Origin: a virus
Virus record (IMG/VR): IMGVR_UViG_3300021963_000037
Span: 64,001 to 128,000 of that record
DNA length: 64,000 nucleotides
Direction: 5' to 3' (one strand)
Below the pieces are notes generated by a model. It did no database searches and was not told where the DNA came from. It worked only from the letters and a program-made list of their open reading frames with translations. Position numbers and translations under genes: made by a program. This document shows positions 37,805 to 48,021 of the stretch, piece after piece (the stretch's first letter is position 1; each line of letters begins with the position of its first letter).

Positions 37805-39000
37805 TGACAATCGAAGAACTACTAAATAAACCTGAAGAGCAACTTACCAGAAACGAGCTTGAAATCTTGGCGACTCATTTTAAGAATGAGTCTGCCAAGT
37901 TTACAGCTTATGAACAAGCCGTTAAAGTAACATTAAACTCTATTTATGGAGCCTTTGGGAACCAGTGGTTCCATTTTTTCAATATCGATATTGCAGAATC
38001 TATCACATTACAAGGACAAAATGCAATCTTATATTCTGCTAAAATTCTAAACAAATATTTCCAAGAATTCTTTATTAAAGATAAAGATATTCATCAGAAA
38101 CTAAACATTAGAGTCAAGAATAGTATTCATAAAGAAGCAGTAATTTATATTGATACAGATTCGAACTATGTTCAGTTTGAAGAAATGTATGAATCTATTG
38201 AATGGCTTGGTGAAAAGATGGATATTGCAACTTTTATTCTAGCAATATACAATCTTAGAATTAAAGAATATATTTCAAAATCATTAGATAAGTATGCTCA
38301 AAGTAGAAACACAGAAAGTTTCTTACAATTTGAACTAGAATCTATTGCTTATGCCGGAATTTGGATGGCTAAAAAGAAATACATTCAAGATATTGCATGG
38401 GAAGATAAGTTAAAAGAACATGAAAGATACCCTTCGCTTAAAAAAGTAAAAGTTATCGGATTTGATTCAATTCAATCATCAACACCAACTTTTGTTCGTA
38501 AAAAATTAACTGAGGCAATTCAAATCTTATTTTCTGAAAAACCAAATGCTGAAACTCTTAGTAAGATGGTTACCTTTCTTAAGAAAACTAAAAAAGAATT
38601 TAAGATGGCAAACATTGATGATATTACATTCAATAAGAGAACAAATAATATTGAAAAATATATTGTTGATGACCATATCGAATTCCAGTATGGTTCTAAG
38701 TGTCCACCTAATGTAAAAGCCGCAGGATTCTACAATTATCTATTGAATAACAATCCAAAGTACAAGAATAAGTACAAATTAATTGGTAATGGTGAAAAGC
38801 TAAGATTGTATCATTGTAACCATAAAACTTGCGAAATGTTCGCATATTTTCCTGGTGACCATCCATACGAAATTGCACCACCAATTGATTATGAAGTACA
38901 ATTTGAAAAGAGTATGATTGATCCATTGAATCGTCTTTTAGAATCAATCGGATTACAAACTCTAAACAGAAACTTAATTTACTCGACTTCATTATTTTAA
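37804..39000 (+). CDS. gp43: Family B DNA polymerase, C-terminal subunit (motifs B, C and thumb; gp43B)
   Basis: KVTLNSIYG, AESITLQG, YIDTDS, KKKY; ends STSLF. Confidence 0.9.
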   Translation: MTIEELLNKPEEQLTRNELEILATHFKNESAKFTAYEQAVKVTLNSIYGAFGNQWFHFFNIDIAESITLQGQNAILYSAKILNKYFQEFFIKDKDIHQKLNIRVKNSIHKEAVIYIDTDSNYVQFEEMYESIEWLGEKMDIATFILAIYNLRIKEYISKSLDKYAQSRNTESFLQFELESIAYAGIWMAKKKYIQDIAWEDKLKEHERYPSLKKVKVIGFDSIQSSTPTFVRKKLTEAIQILFSEKPNAETLSKMVTFLKKTKKEFKMANIDDITFNKRTNNIEKYIVDDHIEFQYGSKCPPNVKAAGFYNYLLNNNPKYKNKYKLIGNGEKLRLYHCNHKTCEMFAYFPGDHPYEIAPPIDYEVQFEKSMIDPLNRLLESIGLQTLNRNLIYSTSLF

Positions 39001-39006
39001 AATATC

Positions 39007-39159
39007 ATGGAAAACAAAAAAACAATTGAACTCCTTGAGGAATTGACCAAAAATAATCCAAATGATCAGGAACTTGGTAAAGCAATACGCGCTTTTATTT
39101 TAGAATTGCAGAAATCTAAAAAAGAATCAGAAAAATTACAAAATAAGAAAAATGATTGA
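39007..39159 (+). CDS. Small hypothetical protein (50 aa, below the ORF-track cutoff)
   Basis: MENKKTIELLEELTKNNPNDQELGKAIR...; fills the gap and overlaps the next start. Confidence 0.55.
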   Translation: MENKKTIELLEELTKNNPNDQELGKAIRAFILELQKSKKESEKLQNKKND

Positions 39160-39355
39160 TACATCAAAACTAAGTCCTGAACAATTAGAAGTAATTGAGA
39201 AATATAGAGAAATCTACGGTAGAGTAGGTTCTTTAAAAATAAGAATTGAAATGCTAAAACAAGAACTCACTGATTCAATTAATGAAATCAATGAACTTCG
39301 AGTAAAAGAAGCGGACCTTTTTAAAAATATAGAAAACAACATTAACAATGGCTAA
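39152..39355 (+). CDS. Small coiled-coil hypothetical protein
   Basis: 67 aa ORF coupled to uvsX. Confidence 0.55.
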   Translation: MIDTSKLSPEQLEVIEKYREIYGRVGSLKIRIEMLKQELTDSINEINELRVKEADLFKNIENNINNG

Positions 39356-40469
39356 AAAACTAACATCATTCACGTTTGACGATATCAACGCTGAATTATC
39401 AGAATTAAACCCACTAGGATCCATTATGGAAACTTCAGATTTCTCTGAAGTAACTGAATGGCTAGATACTGGAAACTTTCATTTAAATGCATGCGTATCT
39501 GGTAGTCTTTTTGGTGGATGGCCGAATAACCGATCTTGTTCAGTAGCAGGACCTTCAGGAACTGGTAAAACATTCTTGATGTTGAATACTGTACGAGAAG
39601 CAATCAACATGGGTTACAGCGTGATTTATTATGACTCTGAGGCAGCAGTTGATAAAGATCTAATGAAGAAATTTAACATTGATACGACGAAAGTCAGTTA
39701 TCAACCAGTTAATACAGTGCAGGAGTTTAGAACTTCAGTAACTTCAATCACTAAGAAAATGCAAGAAGCTAAACGAGGTGGAGCTGAAATTCCAAAAGTT
39801 ATGATCGTTTTAGACTCTGCTGGTAACTTAGCAACTCAAAAAGAAATCGAAGATGCAGCATCAGGATCTGATAAAGCAGATATGACTCGTTCTAAAGTAT
39901 TAAAATCAATCTTTAGAATTATCATGACTCCAATGGCTGATTTAAAGATTCCTTTCCTATTTACAAACCACACTTACCAATCTCAGTCATTTATACCTCA
40001 ACAAATTGCAGGTGGTGGAACTGGACCTGAGTATGCAGCATCTATTGTGTTAATGTTAAATAAAGCACAATTAAAAGATGGAGCAGAAAAAGTTGGTATT
40101 ATTGTAACTGCAAAACCTGCTAAGAATCGTTTTGCCAAACCAACCGCAATTAAATTCCATTTAGATTTTACTAAAGGAATGAATCGTTATGTTGGATTAG
40201 AGCAATATGCTACTTGGGATATTTGTGGAGTAACAAGAGGAATTATCGATCCTAAGACTAAAGAGAAAATCAAGAAAGATACCGCTAAAACTTGGATTTG
40301 CGAACATTTAGATGAAGCAGTTCCAAACAAAGAGTTCTTTACTGAAAAAGTATTTAATCAACAGGTTCTAGAAAGAATTGAGAAACATATACAACCATTA
40401 TTTAATTACAACACATCTGGAGATGACGCAGGATTCGACATTGATGATGTTATAGATTCAGAAGATTAA
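39348..40469 (+). CDS. uvsX: RecA-like recombinase UvsX
   Basis: GPSGTGKT, YYDSE, LDSAGNL, NHTY, GGG.G..Y.AS, KNRF. Confidence 0.92.
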   Translation: MAKKLTSFTFDDINAELSELNPLGSIMETSDFSEVTEWLDTGNFHLNACVSGSLFGGWPNNRSCSVAGPSGTGKTFLMLNTVREAINMGYSVIYYDSEAAVDKDLMKKFNIDTTKVSYQPVNTVQEFRTSVTSITKKMQEAKRGGAEIPKVMIVLDSAGNLATQKEIEDAASGSDKADMTRSKVLKSIFRIIMTPMADLKIPFLFTNHTYQSQSFIPQQIAGGGTGPEYAASIVLMLNKAQLKDGAEKVGIIVTAKPAKNRFAKPTAIKFHLDFTKGMNRYVGLEQYATWDICGVTRGIIDPKTKEKIKKDTAKTWICEHLDEAVPNKEFFTEKVFNQQVLERIEKHIQPLFNYNTSGDDAGFDIDDVIDSED

Positions 40470-40470
40470 T

Positions 40471-40782
40471 ATGCAACCAAATGTCTACAAAATAGAGGAA
40501 GACAAGTTGCCAATCAAATATATCTTAGGAATTGAACAAGAATTTCCAGATTTCCCAGATGCTTTTGACATTGTCTATGCTTTTATAAACCGTGCGATCA
40601 GAAATCCTGATCGACACGGTGCATCTTTTACCAAGGCAGCATTGATAAATTATCATGCAAAAGGTAAAGAAGAACAATCTGAAAGAGGATTGAAACATGC
40701 AATCGAATTAGGACTTATTGATTGCACTTGTGAAACAGAAGGCAAAGAGTCTTATACAATACTTATAAACCCATTCATATGA
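40471..40782 (+). CDS. Hypothetical protein
   Basis: 103 aa ORF between uvsX and the helicase. Confidence 0.55.
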   Translation: MQPNVYKIEEDKLPIKYILGIEQEFPDFPDAFDIVYAFINRAIRNPDRHGASFTKAALINYHAKGKEEQSERGLKHAIELGLIDCTCETEGKESYTILINPFI

Positions 40783-42086
40783 ATTTCGGACAAGATTTTG
40801 AAAAAATATTCTTTAAGCTAGCGCTATCCAAGCCAAAGTATTTAGAAGCAATTAAAAAAGGATTCTATACTTCGGAAGATATTGACAGCTTACACTATCT
40901 TGCCAGCAAATTTTATGACAAATTTCATGAAGCTCCAAGTGCTGAGCAAATGAAATTATTAACTCAGAAGATTACAAAGAAAATCGATCCAGATATGGTC
41001 GATATGATTTATGATTCTGATTTAAAACAATATGACGAAGAATGGTTAACATCTACTGCAGAAGCATGGATTAAATGGAGAAACTTCGATACAACTTTAG
41101 TTGATACAATCGAATACATTAAATCTACCAATGTTACTCCAGAAAATGCAGATCAAATCATTTCTAAAGTTAAAACATTAATCAATGATAGAAACTCATT
41201 AGTATTTAATTCTGATATTGGATTAGATTTCTTTAATCCAGAGCATCACCAATATAACGAGTCTTCTAAGTTTCCAACACCTTATGTTTTCTTAGACCGA
41301 ATTCTTGGTGGTGGTTATGATAAATCTGGTACTTTAACAGTTTATGTTGGAGAACAAAACATTGGTAAATCTATTTTCTTAGCAAATGACGCAGCTCACT
41401 TTGTTAAAATGGGTACAAATACAGCAGTAATTACTGCAGAGATGGCAGCTTACAAATTCATGCGAAGAATTGGTTCTAATTTATTAACAATTCCAATGAA
41501 TGAATATGATGAAAAAGCAAAAGCAACTGATTATATTCGTAGAAGATTAGAAACTGTAGGAGATGGATTAACTCCTCCTGGTCAGTTATTTGTAAAGCAA
41601 TTTCCAACATCTCAAGCAACTGTTCCAGATATCGAAGCTTATTTAAAGCAAATCGAAGAAGAACGTAAAATTAAATTAGGTGCAGTTGTAATTGACTACA
41701 TCAACATTTTATCAAACTACAGAAATCCAAACTCTGAAAATACATACTTAAAGATTAAGCAAATTGCTGAAGATTTAAGAGCAATGGGAGTTAGAAATAA
41801 TTGGTTAATTGTAACAGCAACTCAGATTACAAGAAGTGGTTATAATTCTACCGACATCGGAATGGGAGATGTATCAGAATCTGCTGGTCTTTCTCATACT
41901 GCCGATGTTATGTTAGGTATTATTCAAGATGATTTAATGAGAGCAAGTTACGAATACTGGCTTAAAGTATTAAAAATTCGTGATGGAGAAGGAAAAGGTA
42001 TGAAATGTAAATTGAATATCAATTATACTTATATGCGTTTAACCGAAACAGATGAAACAACAAACTCAAACATACACTCAATATGA
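40779..42086 (+). CDS. gp41: Replicative DnaB-like helicase (gp41)
   Basis: GEQNIGKS, TAEM, IDYINI, TATQ, SESAGL..TAD, K.R. Confidence 0.92.
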   Translation: MNFGQDFEKIFFKLALSKPKYLEAIKKGFYTSEDIDSLHYLASKFYDKFHEAPSAEQMKLLTQKITKKIDPDMVDMIYDSDLKQYDEEWLTSTAEAWIKWRNFDTTLVDTIEYIKSTNVTPENADQIISKVKTLINDRNSLVFNSDIGLDFFNPEHHQYNESSKFPTPYVFLDRILGGGYDKSGTLTVYVGEQNIGKSIFLANDAAHFVKMGTNTAVITAEMAAYKFMRRIGSNLLTIPMNEYDEKAKATDYIRRRLETVGDGLTPPGQLFVKQFPTSQATVPDIEAYLKQIEEERKIKLGAVVIDYINILSNYRNPNSENTYLKIKQIAEDLRAMGVRNNWLIVTATQITRSGYNSTDIGMGDVSESAGLSHTADVMLGIIQDDLMRASYEYWLKVLKIRDGEGKGMKCKLNINYTYMRLTETDETTNSNIHSI

Positions 42087-42526
42087 TGCAAAAAGTAGAT
42101 AAAATATTCAATAATACTTTTGAAAGTTCTGAGTTTGAACTTAATGGTTCGATCTCCTTCGAGGTTTCAAAGCAGTATTCTGATGATAGATCTGAAGATG
42201 AGAAAATAGAATTAGAAATGATTCGTAGAGACATTCACTCAGCTATTTTAAATTCAAGATTCAAGCACTTCAACGATTTAGATGATATGCATGATACTAA
42301 AAAATTAAAAAAGATTGACATTAATGAAGTTTACGAATTTATCGTTGGTGAACTAGTTAAAAAATATTCATTGATTGAATTATTTAGCGAAACATGCGAA
42401 TACTTTAATGTCCATCCTACTAAGTTCTATTCATCACTTGGAAATAAATTTAAAGAAGATTTAATCCAAGAACTTGATATAAGAACTAATATTTTAAAAA
42501 GAAAAAAGATAAACCGTTTGTTCTAA
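42083..42526 (+). CDS. gp33-like late transcription coactivator candidate
   Basis: C-terminal IE..SE.CEYFNV......L...FKE.L..E....N.LK resembles cyanophage gp33; ends INRLF. Confidence 0.45.
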   Translation: MMQKVDKIFNNTFESSEFELNGSISFEVSKQYSDDRSEDEKIELEMIRRDIHSAILNSRFKHFNDLDDMHDTKKLKKIDINEVYEFIVGELVKKYSLIELFSETCEYFNVHPTKFYSSLGNKFKEDLIQELDIRTNILKRKKINRLF

Positions 42527-43641
42527 TGATCGATGAAAAAACACTAAAACAACCTGTAAAAAGAATTTGGATTCTTGGTGATATGCACTTAGGAGTCAGA
42601 GCAAATTCTGTGGAATGGCTAGAAATACAACAAGAATATTATGATAATGTTTTTGTTCCAACATTGAAAGCAAATTATCAAGAAGGAGATGTTCTAGTAC
42701 AAGTTGGAGATGTGTTTGATAATAGACAAAGTATCAATTTAAAAGTTCTGCATTATGCAGTAGATTTATTTGAACGCCTTGGTAAAATTATGCCAACTCA
42801 CGTTATCTGCGGAAATCATGATATTTGGGCTAAAAAGTCAAATGATGTTACTTCAATTGATACTCTTAAATGGATCCCAAATGTTGGTATCTATAAGAAA
42901 TGTAAAACCTTTAATTGGGGTGGAAAGAATATCCTATTGATGCCATGGAGACGCGATGCAAACCATGAAGCAGAAACCCTAGCTAAGTATTCTAAAATAG
43001 ACATAGTGTTCTGTCACTCTGAAGTTACCGGAATTAAACTAAATGCTAAGGTTAATAATCAACATGGTAATTCAATTGAAACCTACAGTGGTTATACGGC
43101 TGTCTATTCTGGACATATTCATTACCGACAAAAGAAGGGTAAATTAAGAATGGTCGGTACTCCATACCAGTTGACTAGATCAGATTCAAACAATCCTAAA
43201 GGATTTGATTTGGTTGATTTAGCAACAATGGACGAAACATTCTTTGAAAATCAAACCTCACCAAAGTTTGTTAAATATAATTTAGCAAATCTTTATAATA
43301 CTCCATTAGGAGACTTTAAGAAAGAAATTGAAAATAATTTTGTGGATCTATATGTTCCAGCTAAAATTGCATCTTCAAATGCTCTTTCTAAATTAATTAA
43401 TAAAATTCAAAAAATTAGTCGAAAGATCGAACCAAATATTTACGATGAAGAGAACTTCTTAGATAAAGATTTCTACGACCTAGACGAAATTGAGGACTTG
43501 TACAAAAATTATAACATTCTGCACCTATGTAATTTGTATGTTGATGGATTAAACCATGACGATGAAATGAAACAACAGATCAAAAGTAGACTAAAACAAT
43601 TACATGACCAATGTGCATATAACTACGATATCGAACAATGA
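42526..43641 (+). CDS. gp47: Mre11/SbcD-like nuclease (gp47)
   Basis: GDMHLG, GDVFDNR, GNHD, SGHIH, GTPYQ. Confidence 0.92.
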   Translation: MIDEKTLKQPVKRIWILGDMHLGVRANSVEWLEIQQEYYDNVFVPTLKANYQEGDVLVQVGDVFDNRQSINLKVLHYAVDLFERLGKIMPTHVICGNHDIWAKKSNDVTSIDTLKWIPNVGIYKKCKTFNWGGKNILLMPWRRDANHEAETLAKYSKIDIVFCHSEVTGIKLNAKVNNQHGNSIETYSGYTAVYSGHIHYRQKKGKLRMVGTPYQLTRSDSNNPKGFDLVDLATMDETFFENQTSPKFVKYNLANLYNTPLGDFKKEIENNFVDLYVPAKIASSNALSKLINKIQKISRKIEPNIYDEENFLDKDFYDLDEIEDLYKNYNILHLCNLYVDGLNHDDEMKQQIKSRLKQLHDQCAYNYDIEQ

Positions 43642-45311
43642 AAATAAAATCAATCGAATTCAAGAACTTCGCAAGTTACGGTAATAAAGTACAAAAACTA
43701 ATCCTACCCGAAGATTCTTCTGAATTATACTTAACAACTGGTAAAAATGGCGACGGTAAAACTACTGTCGCTAACGCTATTATATACGCATTGTATGGTA
43801 AATTAGAAGGAATTAAATTAGCTGACTTGCCAAACAGAATTAATAAGAATCTTTGGGTTCGAATTGTTATTCAATGTAAAAATATCGAAGTAATTGTTGA
43901 ACGTGGTCTAGCACCTGCAATATTTACAGTTTCTCTTAATGGAGTTGAGTATGATAAAGCCGGTAAAAGATCGGTACAAGATTACTTAGAAGAGGAAGTT
44001 TACGGCATACCATACCATGTGTTTAAGAACATTATCATTTTGTCTGTGAATGATTTTAAATCATTTTTGACAATGACACCTGGTGATAAGAAACAGATCA
44101 TCGATAAAATGTTTGGATTCTCTATCTTAAATGATATGCAACGCGCTATTAAAGAAGAAAGAAAAAACATTAAGAGCGATCTAGATGCCTTTGAAAGAGA
44201 ACTAAAACAAATTAGCGAGAATGTTATCTCAGTTCAAGTTAAATTAAATCAACTATTAGAAGAATCTGATCAAAAAAGTAAAGATAAAATTGAAGAGTTG
44301 AAAGCATCATTAATTAATATGAATGATGACAAAAAGAAACTTGAAGAGGCTATTGGTAAAATTAAGAAATCAATAGGTACTAAAGCAACAGATTTAGATA
44401 CATCAAAATCGTCATACTCAAAATTAAAATATGAGTATGAAGAGCTTCAAAGAAAATTAAAGTTGTATGAGAAAAATGCATGTCCAACATGTGAAGCTCC
44501 TTTATCAACTGAATTTCATATTGAAAGAAAGAATGAAATTGAACATAAATGTACTGGCATTCCTGATCAAATGAAAGTCCATGAAAATGAGATTAGAGAT
44601 ATTGGTGAAGAGATTACGGGTTTGAGAGCTAAAGAACGACAAGTTTTAGATCGAGTTTCTGGTATGAATGTTTCAATTGAGTCTCTAAAAGCAGAGTTAC
44701 TTAAAATTAAAAGTAGCCTTAGCGATAATAAAGAATTCGACCATTTAAAACAAATCATTCAAGATTTTGAAGATAAAGAAGCCGAAAAAGATTCTCAAAA
44801 AGCAACATTAAATTCGGATTACAATTTCTTAGAAGCAATTGAATCAGTATTAGGCGAAGATGGTGTTAAAAACCTTGCAGTTAAAACAATTCTGCCAGGT
44901 TTAAATGCAAATATTGCAGCTATGGCAGCAACAATGCACTTACCATTCCATATTCGTTTTGATGAGAAATTTGATTGTATTATTAATCATTTAGGAGAGA
45001 ATATCAATCCAATGACTCTTTCGACTGGAGAGAGAAAGAAAGCAGATTTTATCGTAATTATTGCAATTATCAAGATTCTTAAATTAAGATTCCCTCAATT
45101 AAACTTATTATTTTTAGATGAGTTATTAAGTTCTGTCGATCAAGATGGTATTTATAATATCCTAAAAATCTTGAGTCAGGTTATTAAAGAGAGTAAAATT
45201 AATACGTTTGTAATTAATCACACTGTCCTACCTCACGAAATGTTTGATAAAAAAATACACATATATAAAGAAAACGGGTTCTCAAGATTTGATATTGAGT
45301 CCATCGAATAA
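43638..45311 (+). CDS. gp46: Rad50/SbcC-like ATPase (gp46)
   Basis: GKNGDGKT, CPTC hook, LSTGE, LFLDE, H-loop. Confidence 0.92.
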   Translation: MKIKSIEFKNFASYGNKVQKLILPEDSSELYLTTGKNGDGKTTVANAIIYALYGKLEGIKLADLPNRINKNLWVRIVIQCKNIEVIVERGLAPAIFTVSLNGVEYDKAGKRSVQDYLEEEVYGIPYHVFKNIIILSVNDFKSFLTMTPGDKKQIIDKMFGFSILNDMQRAIKEERKNIKSDLDAFERELKQISENVISVQVKLNQLLEESDQKSKDKIEELKASLINMNDDKKKLEEAIGKIKKSIGTKATDLDTSKSSYSKLKYEYEELQRKLKLYEKNACPTCEAPLSTEFHIERKNEIEHKCTGIPDQMKVHENEIRDIGEEITGLRAKERQVLDRVSGMNVSIESLKAELLKIKSSLSDNKEFDHLKQIIQDFEDKEAEKDSQKATLNSDYNFLEAIESVLGEDGVKNLAVKTILPGLNANIAAMAATMHLPFHIRFDEKFDCIINHLGENINPMTLSTGERKKADFIVIIAIIKILKLRFPQLNLLFLDELLSSVDQDGIYNILKILSQVIKESKINTFVINHTVLPHEMFDKKIHIYKENGFSRFDIESIE

Positions 45312-45321
45312 TATATAGAAT

Positions 45322-46212
45322 ATGGCATCATATAACGTAAAATACAATTCTGACGATTCAGTTATCCGACATCTTATTATCGGATTCTTGGCTGATTTAA
45401 ATAACAAAGTTTATTTTTACCGTCAATTAGAAGAGAATAAAAGAGCAGTAATTGATGTTCCTTTTTATTACTCAGTAACCGGAGACGATGATTTCCTAAG
45501 GGATAATTTCTTATTTAGTACAGCAGTCGGTCCTGATTGTGTACCAAATAAAGCTTATGCTGATGGGAACTATGAGACAATTCCAAGAGGAGTTGCCAAT
45601 TTAGAATCTATTCAAATTGATTCAGCTAAATTGGTTAATCGTCGAAACAGAGGAGCATATACTCGTTTAGATGAGAACGGTTCAATGCAAGGATATACTG
45701 CTGAATTTGAAATGATTCCAATTACAATGTCATTTGCTGTTGAAATTTTAGTATCATCTCAACTAGATGCATTAAAGATTACAGAAATGCTAATCAAAAA
45801 GATGTACAAATCCAACTATTATTATACAGAAGTTGGACACCTTAATGAGGGTACATATAAAATAGCAGCATACTATGCAATGCCAGATGATTATAGCCCA
45901 GAAAGACCAATCGAATATACTTTTGAAAGTAAGGGTAAATATAAAATTGCATTAACTTTAGAAGTGAATTCGTTCTTACCAGCCTTTGATTTAGGAGATG
46001 GATATGATTTAACAGATGTTTTAGGACTTGATTCAGATGGTTCTATAAATGGACCGAATAGCGTTACAGGTAGAAGACCAAGATCTGAAGGAAATACTGA
46101 AATGCACGTTGGTAACCGAATGTTTGAAATCAGATCAACGGTTGTAACGGAAGACCCTGCTGAATTTAAAAGAGGATTTATGAATAGTGATGATGTTAAT
46201 ATTATCAATTAG
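45322..46212 (+). CDS. gp15: Tail sheath terminator (T4 gp15-like)
   Basis: IR..I..F...N, VP..Y, PR, P....F...I...Q.DAL.I.E; late promoter at 45310. Confidence 0.65.
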   Translation: MASYNVKYNSDDSVIRHLIIGFLADLNNKVYFYRQLEENKRAVIDVPFYYSVTGDDDFLRDNFLFSTAVGPDCVPNKAYADGNYETIPRGVANLESIQIDSAKLVNRRNRGAYTRLDENGSMQGYTAEFEMIPITMSFAVEILVSSQLDALKITEMLIKKMYKSNYYYTEVGHLNEGTYKIAAYYAMPDDYSPERPIEYTFESKGKYKIALTLEVNSFLPAFDLGDGYDLTDVLGLDSDGSINGPNSVTGRRPRSEGNTEMHVGNRMFEIRSTVVTEDPAEFKRGFMNSDDVNIIN

Positions 46213-46262
46213 AACGATATATAGAACTAGATATATAATAAAAGAAAAAAACCAGAGTAAAA

Positions 46263-47027
46263 ATGACTAAAAACATTCTGTCTCCAATTAATCAAACCGA
46301 AAACGGAGTTCAATTCTATTTGAATGGACGCGTATTTGAGATGGTTGGTTCTGAAATAAAAGAATTAGAACATAACCAAATTACGCCTGAATTTGGCAAC
46401 AAAATCAGAGCTATTCAATCTTTCTCATTTACTAATGAGAATGTTAAATGGTACTACGGTGCTGCAAGATTTAACTACAATATTGCCGAAGGTAAATTTA
46501 CTTGGGGTAACTCAGAAATTTTATCTGAATCATTTGTTAATCATGTTGTTTCTGCCGGAGTTGTTAAATATGAGCACAAAATTACTGCTGAATTATTTGA
46601 AAGTGTACCATCAATGTTAGATTCTATCATTCAATTAGATTTCGTATCTTGTTTTGAAGGAAATAACAACTCAGTAGATTTAATGAAAGTTGAAAATAAT
46701 ATTTTCGTTTCTAGATTTAATTCTGAAAATAAAATTGCTAAATTCTTTAAAGCTGAAAATGCAACTTCTGCATTAGAGTATGTTAAAGAACAAACTGGTC
46801 AAGATGCATCAGCTTTCTTAGTAGAATTCTTAGAGGTTGAAGCAGTAGAAATTGCAGAAAAAGCAAAAACTATTATGGCTTACGAATCTACAATTGTATT
46901 CTTAAAAGAGCAAAGAGAATTATTGGCAAATGCTGATAAAAAGAATCCAGAAATCAAAGCTGCTGATAAATTAATCAGCGAAGAGATTAAAGGTTGGGAA
47001 GCTAAAATTGTTGAGCTAAACGCATAA
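46263..47027 (+). CDS. Hypothetical late protein
   Basis: Preceded by two GATATATA motifs (46216, 46230) and followed by a terminator. Confidence 0.55.
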   Translation: MTKNILSPINQTENGVQFYLNGRVFEMVGSEIKELEHNQITPEFGNKIRAIQSFSFTNENVKWYYGAARFNYNIAEGKFTWGNSEILSESFVNHVVSAGVVKYEHKITAELFESVPSMLDSIIQLDFVSCFEGNNNSVDLMKVENNIFVSRFNSENKIAKFFKAENATSALEYVKEQTGQDASAFLVEFLEVEAVEIAEKAKTIMAYESTIVFLKEQRELLANADKKNPEIKAADKLISEEIKGWEAKIVELNA

Positions 47028-47052
47028 TTTTAATTACACTACATAAAAATTG

Positions 47053-47080
47053 AAAGGGGTCGCAAAGCGTCCCCTTTTTT
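47053..47080 (+). terminator. Rho-independent terminator
   Basis: AAAGGGG-TCGCAAAGCGT-CCCCTTTTTT. Confidence 0.75.
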
Positions 47081-47137
47081 GAGTTAATAAACAAATCTAT
47101 TATCGGCTATATAATACCTAAAAATACAGAAAATATC

Positions 47138-47536
47138 GTGGCTGAAAGAAAACCCAGAGCAAATAAAAACTATTTAAATAATAGAGATTTTTATACAGCA
47201 ATATGCGAATCTAAAGATCAGGATAAACTGACAAGAGACGCTGAAAAAATGCTAATCTTGTTAGCAGAAAAAGCAATTAATAGATTACGATTTGTTAATG
47301 ATGATGATCGAGCAGATTGTTTACAATTTGCAATTTTAGATCTATTAAAGTATTGGAGAAATTTCAATCCAAAATACACAAATGCTTTCGCATATTTTAC
47401 CGAAATAGCCAAAAGAGGTTATGCAAAAGGATGGAATAAACTACATCCTTTAAAGTACAAAGGTACCATCTCATTAGACAGAACCGGTAATGGTGATAGC
47501 GACGGAGAAGGTGGCGGCGGAATATATAGTATCTAA
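47138..47536 (+). CDS. gp55: Late transcription sigma factor (T4 gp55-like, short)
   Basis: NYLNNRDF, D.......LKYWRNFNP...NAFAYFT.I. Confidence 0.8.
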   Translation: MAERKPRANKNYLNNRDFYTAICESKDQDKLTRDAEKMLILLAEKAINRLRFVNDDDRADCLQFAILDLLKYWRNFNPKYTNAFAYFTEIAKRGYAKGWNKLHPLKYKGTISLDRTGNGDSDGEGGGGIYSI

Positions 47537-48021
47537 TGTCAATAAAGAAAGTCAAACCAAGCAAGAATTCAGGATTTGTTCAAGGATATTATCAGCCCGA
47601 GAATCAAAGTAAATATGTTGGACAATCACCGGTAATTTTCCGTTCCTCATGGGAGCGGAAATTCATGATTTGGTGCGATCGAAATGAAAAAGTTATTTAT
47701 TGGTCAAGCGAACCAGTAGAGATTAAATACTTCTGGAGATTGGATGGTAGAGAACACAAATACAATCCAGACTTTTTTATTAGAGTTCTACAAGATGACG
47801 GTAAAACCAAAGACATTCTTATAGAAATTAAACCAGAAGATCAGCTTAAAAAACCACTTCCCCCAAAGAAAAATTCGACTAAGTCACTTAATAGTTATAA
47901 GTACATGGTCGAGCAGTACACTAAAAATTTGGATAAATATATAGCAGCCAAATCATACTGTTCCAATCGAAATTGGAATTTTCAAATCTTAACAGAAAAG
48001 ACAATTAATGGGTTACATTAA
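47536..48021 (+). CDS. gp4: Head completion nuclease (T4 gp4-like, TnsA-type)
   Basis: RSSWERKFM..CD...WSSE, Y.PDF, EIKP, F..LTE. Confidence 0.85.
   Translation: MSIKKVKPSKNSGFVQGYYQPENQSKYVGQSPVIFRSSWERKFMIWCDRNEKVIYWSSEPVEIKYFWRLDGREHKYNPDFFIRVLQDDGKTKDILIEIKPEDQLKKPLPPKKNSTKSLNSYKYMVEQYTKNLDKYIAAKSYCSNRNWNFQILTEKTINGLH

Noticed and set aside
33850-37920. Split intein or intron joining the polymerase halves
   Set aside because: No intein N- or C-terminal motifs at either end, and the intervening DNA holds ordinary genes
47536-48021. TnsA transposase or mobile element
   Set aside because: The position between gp55 and gp2/gp20 and the motifs match T4 gp4; no transposon ends or other tns genes are present
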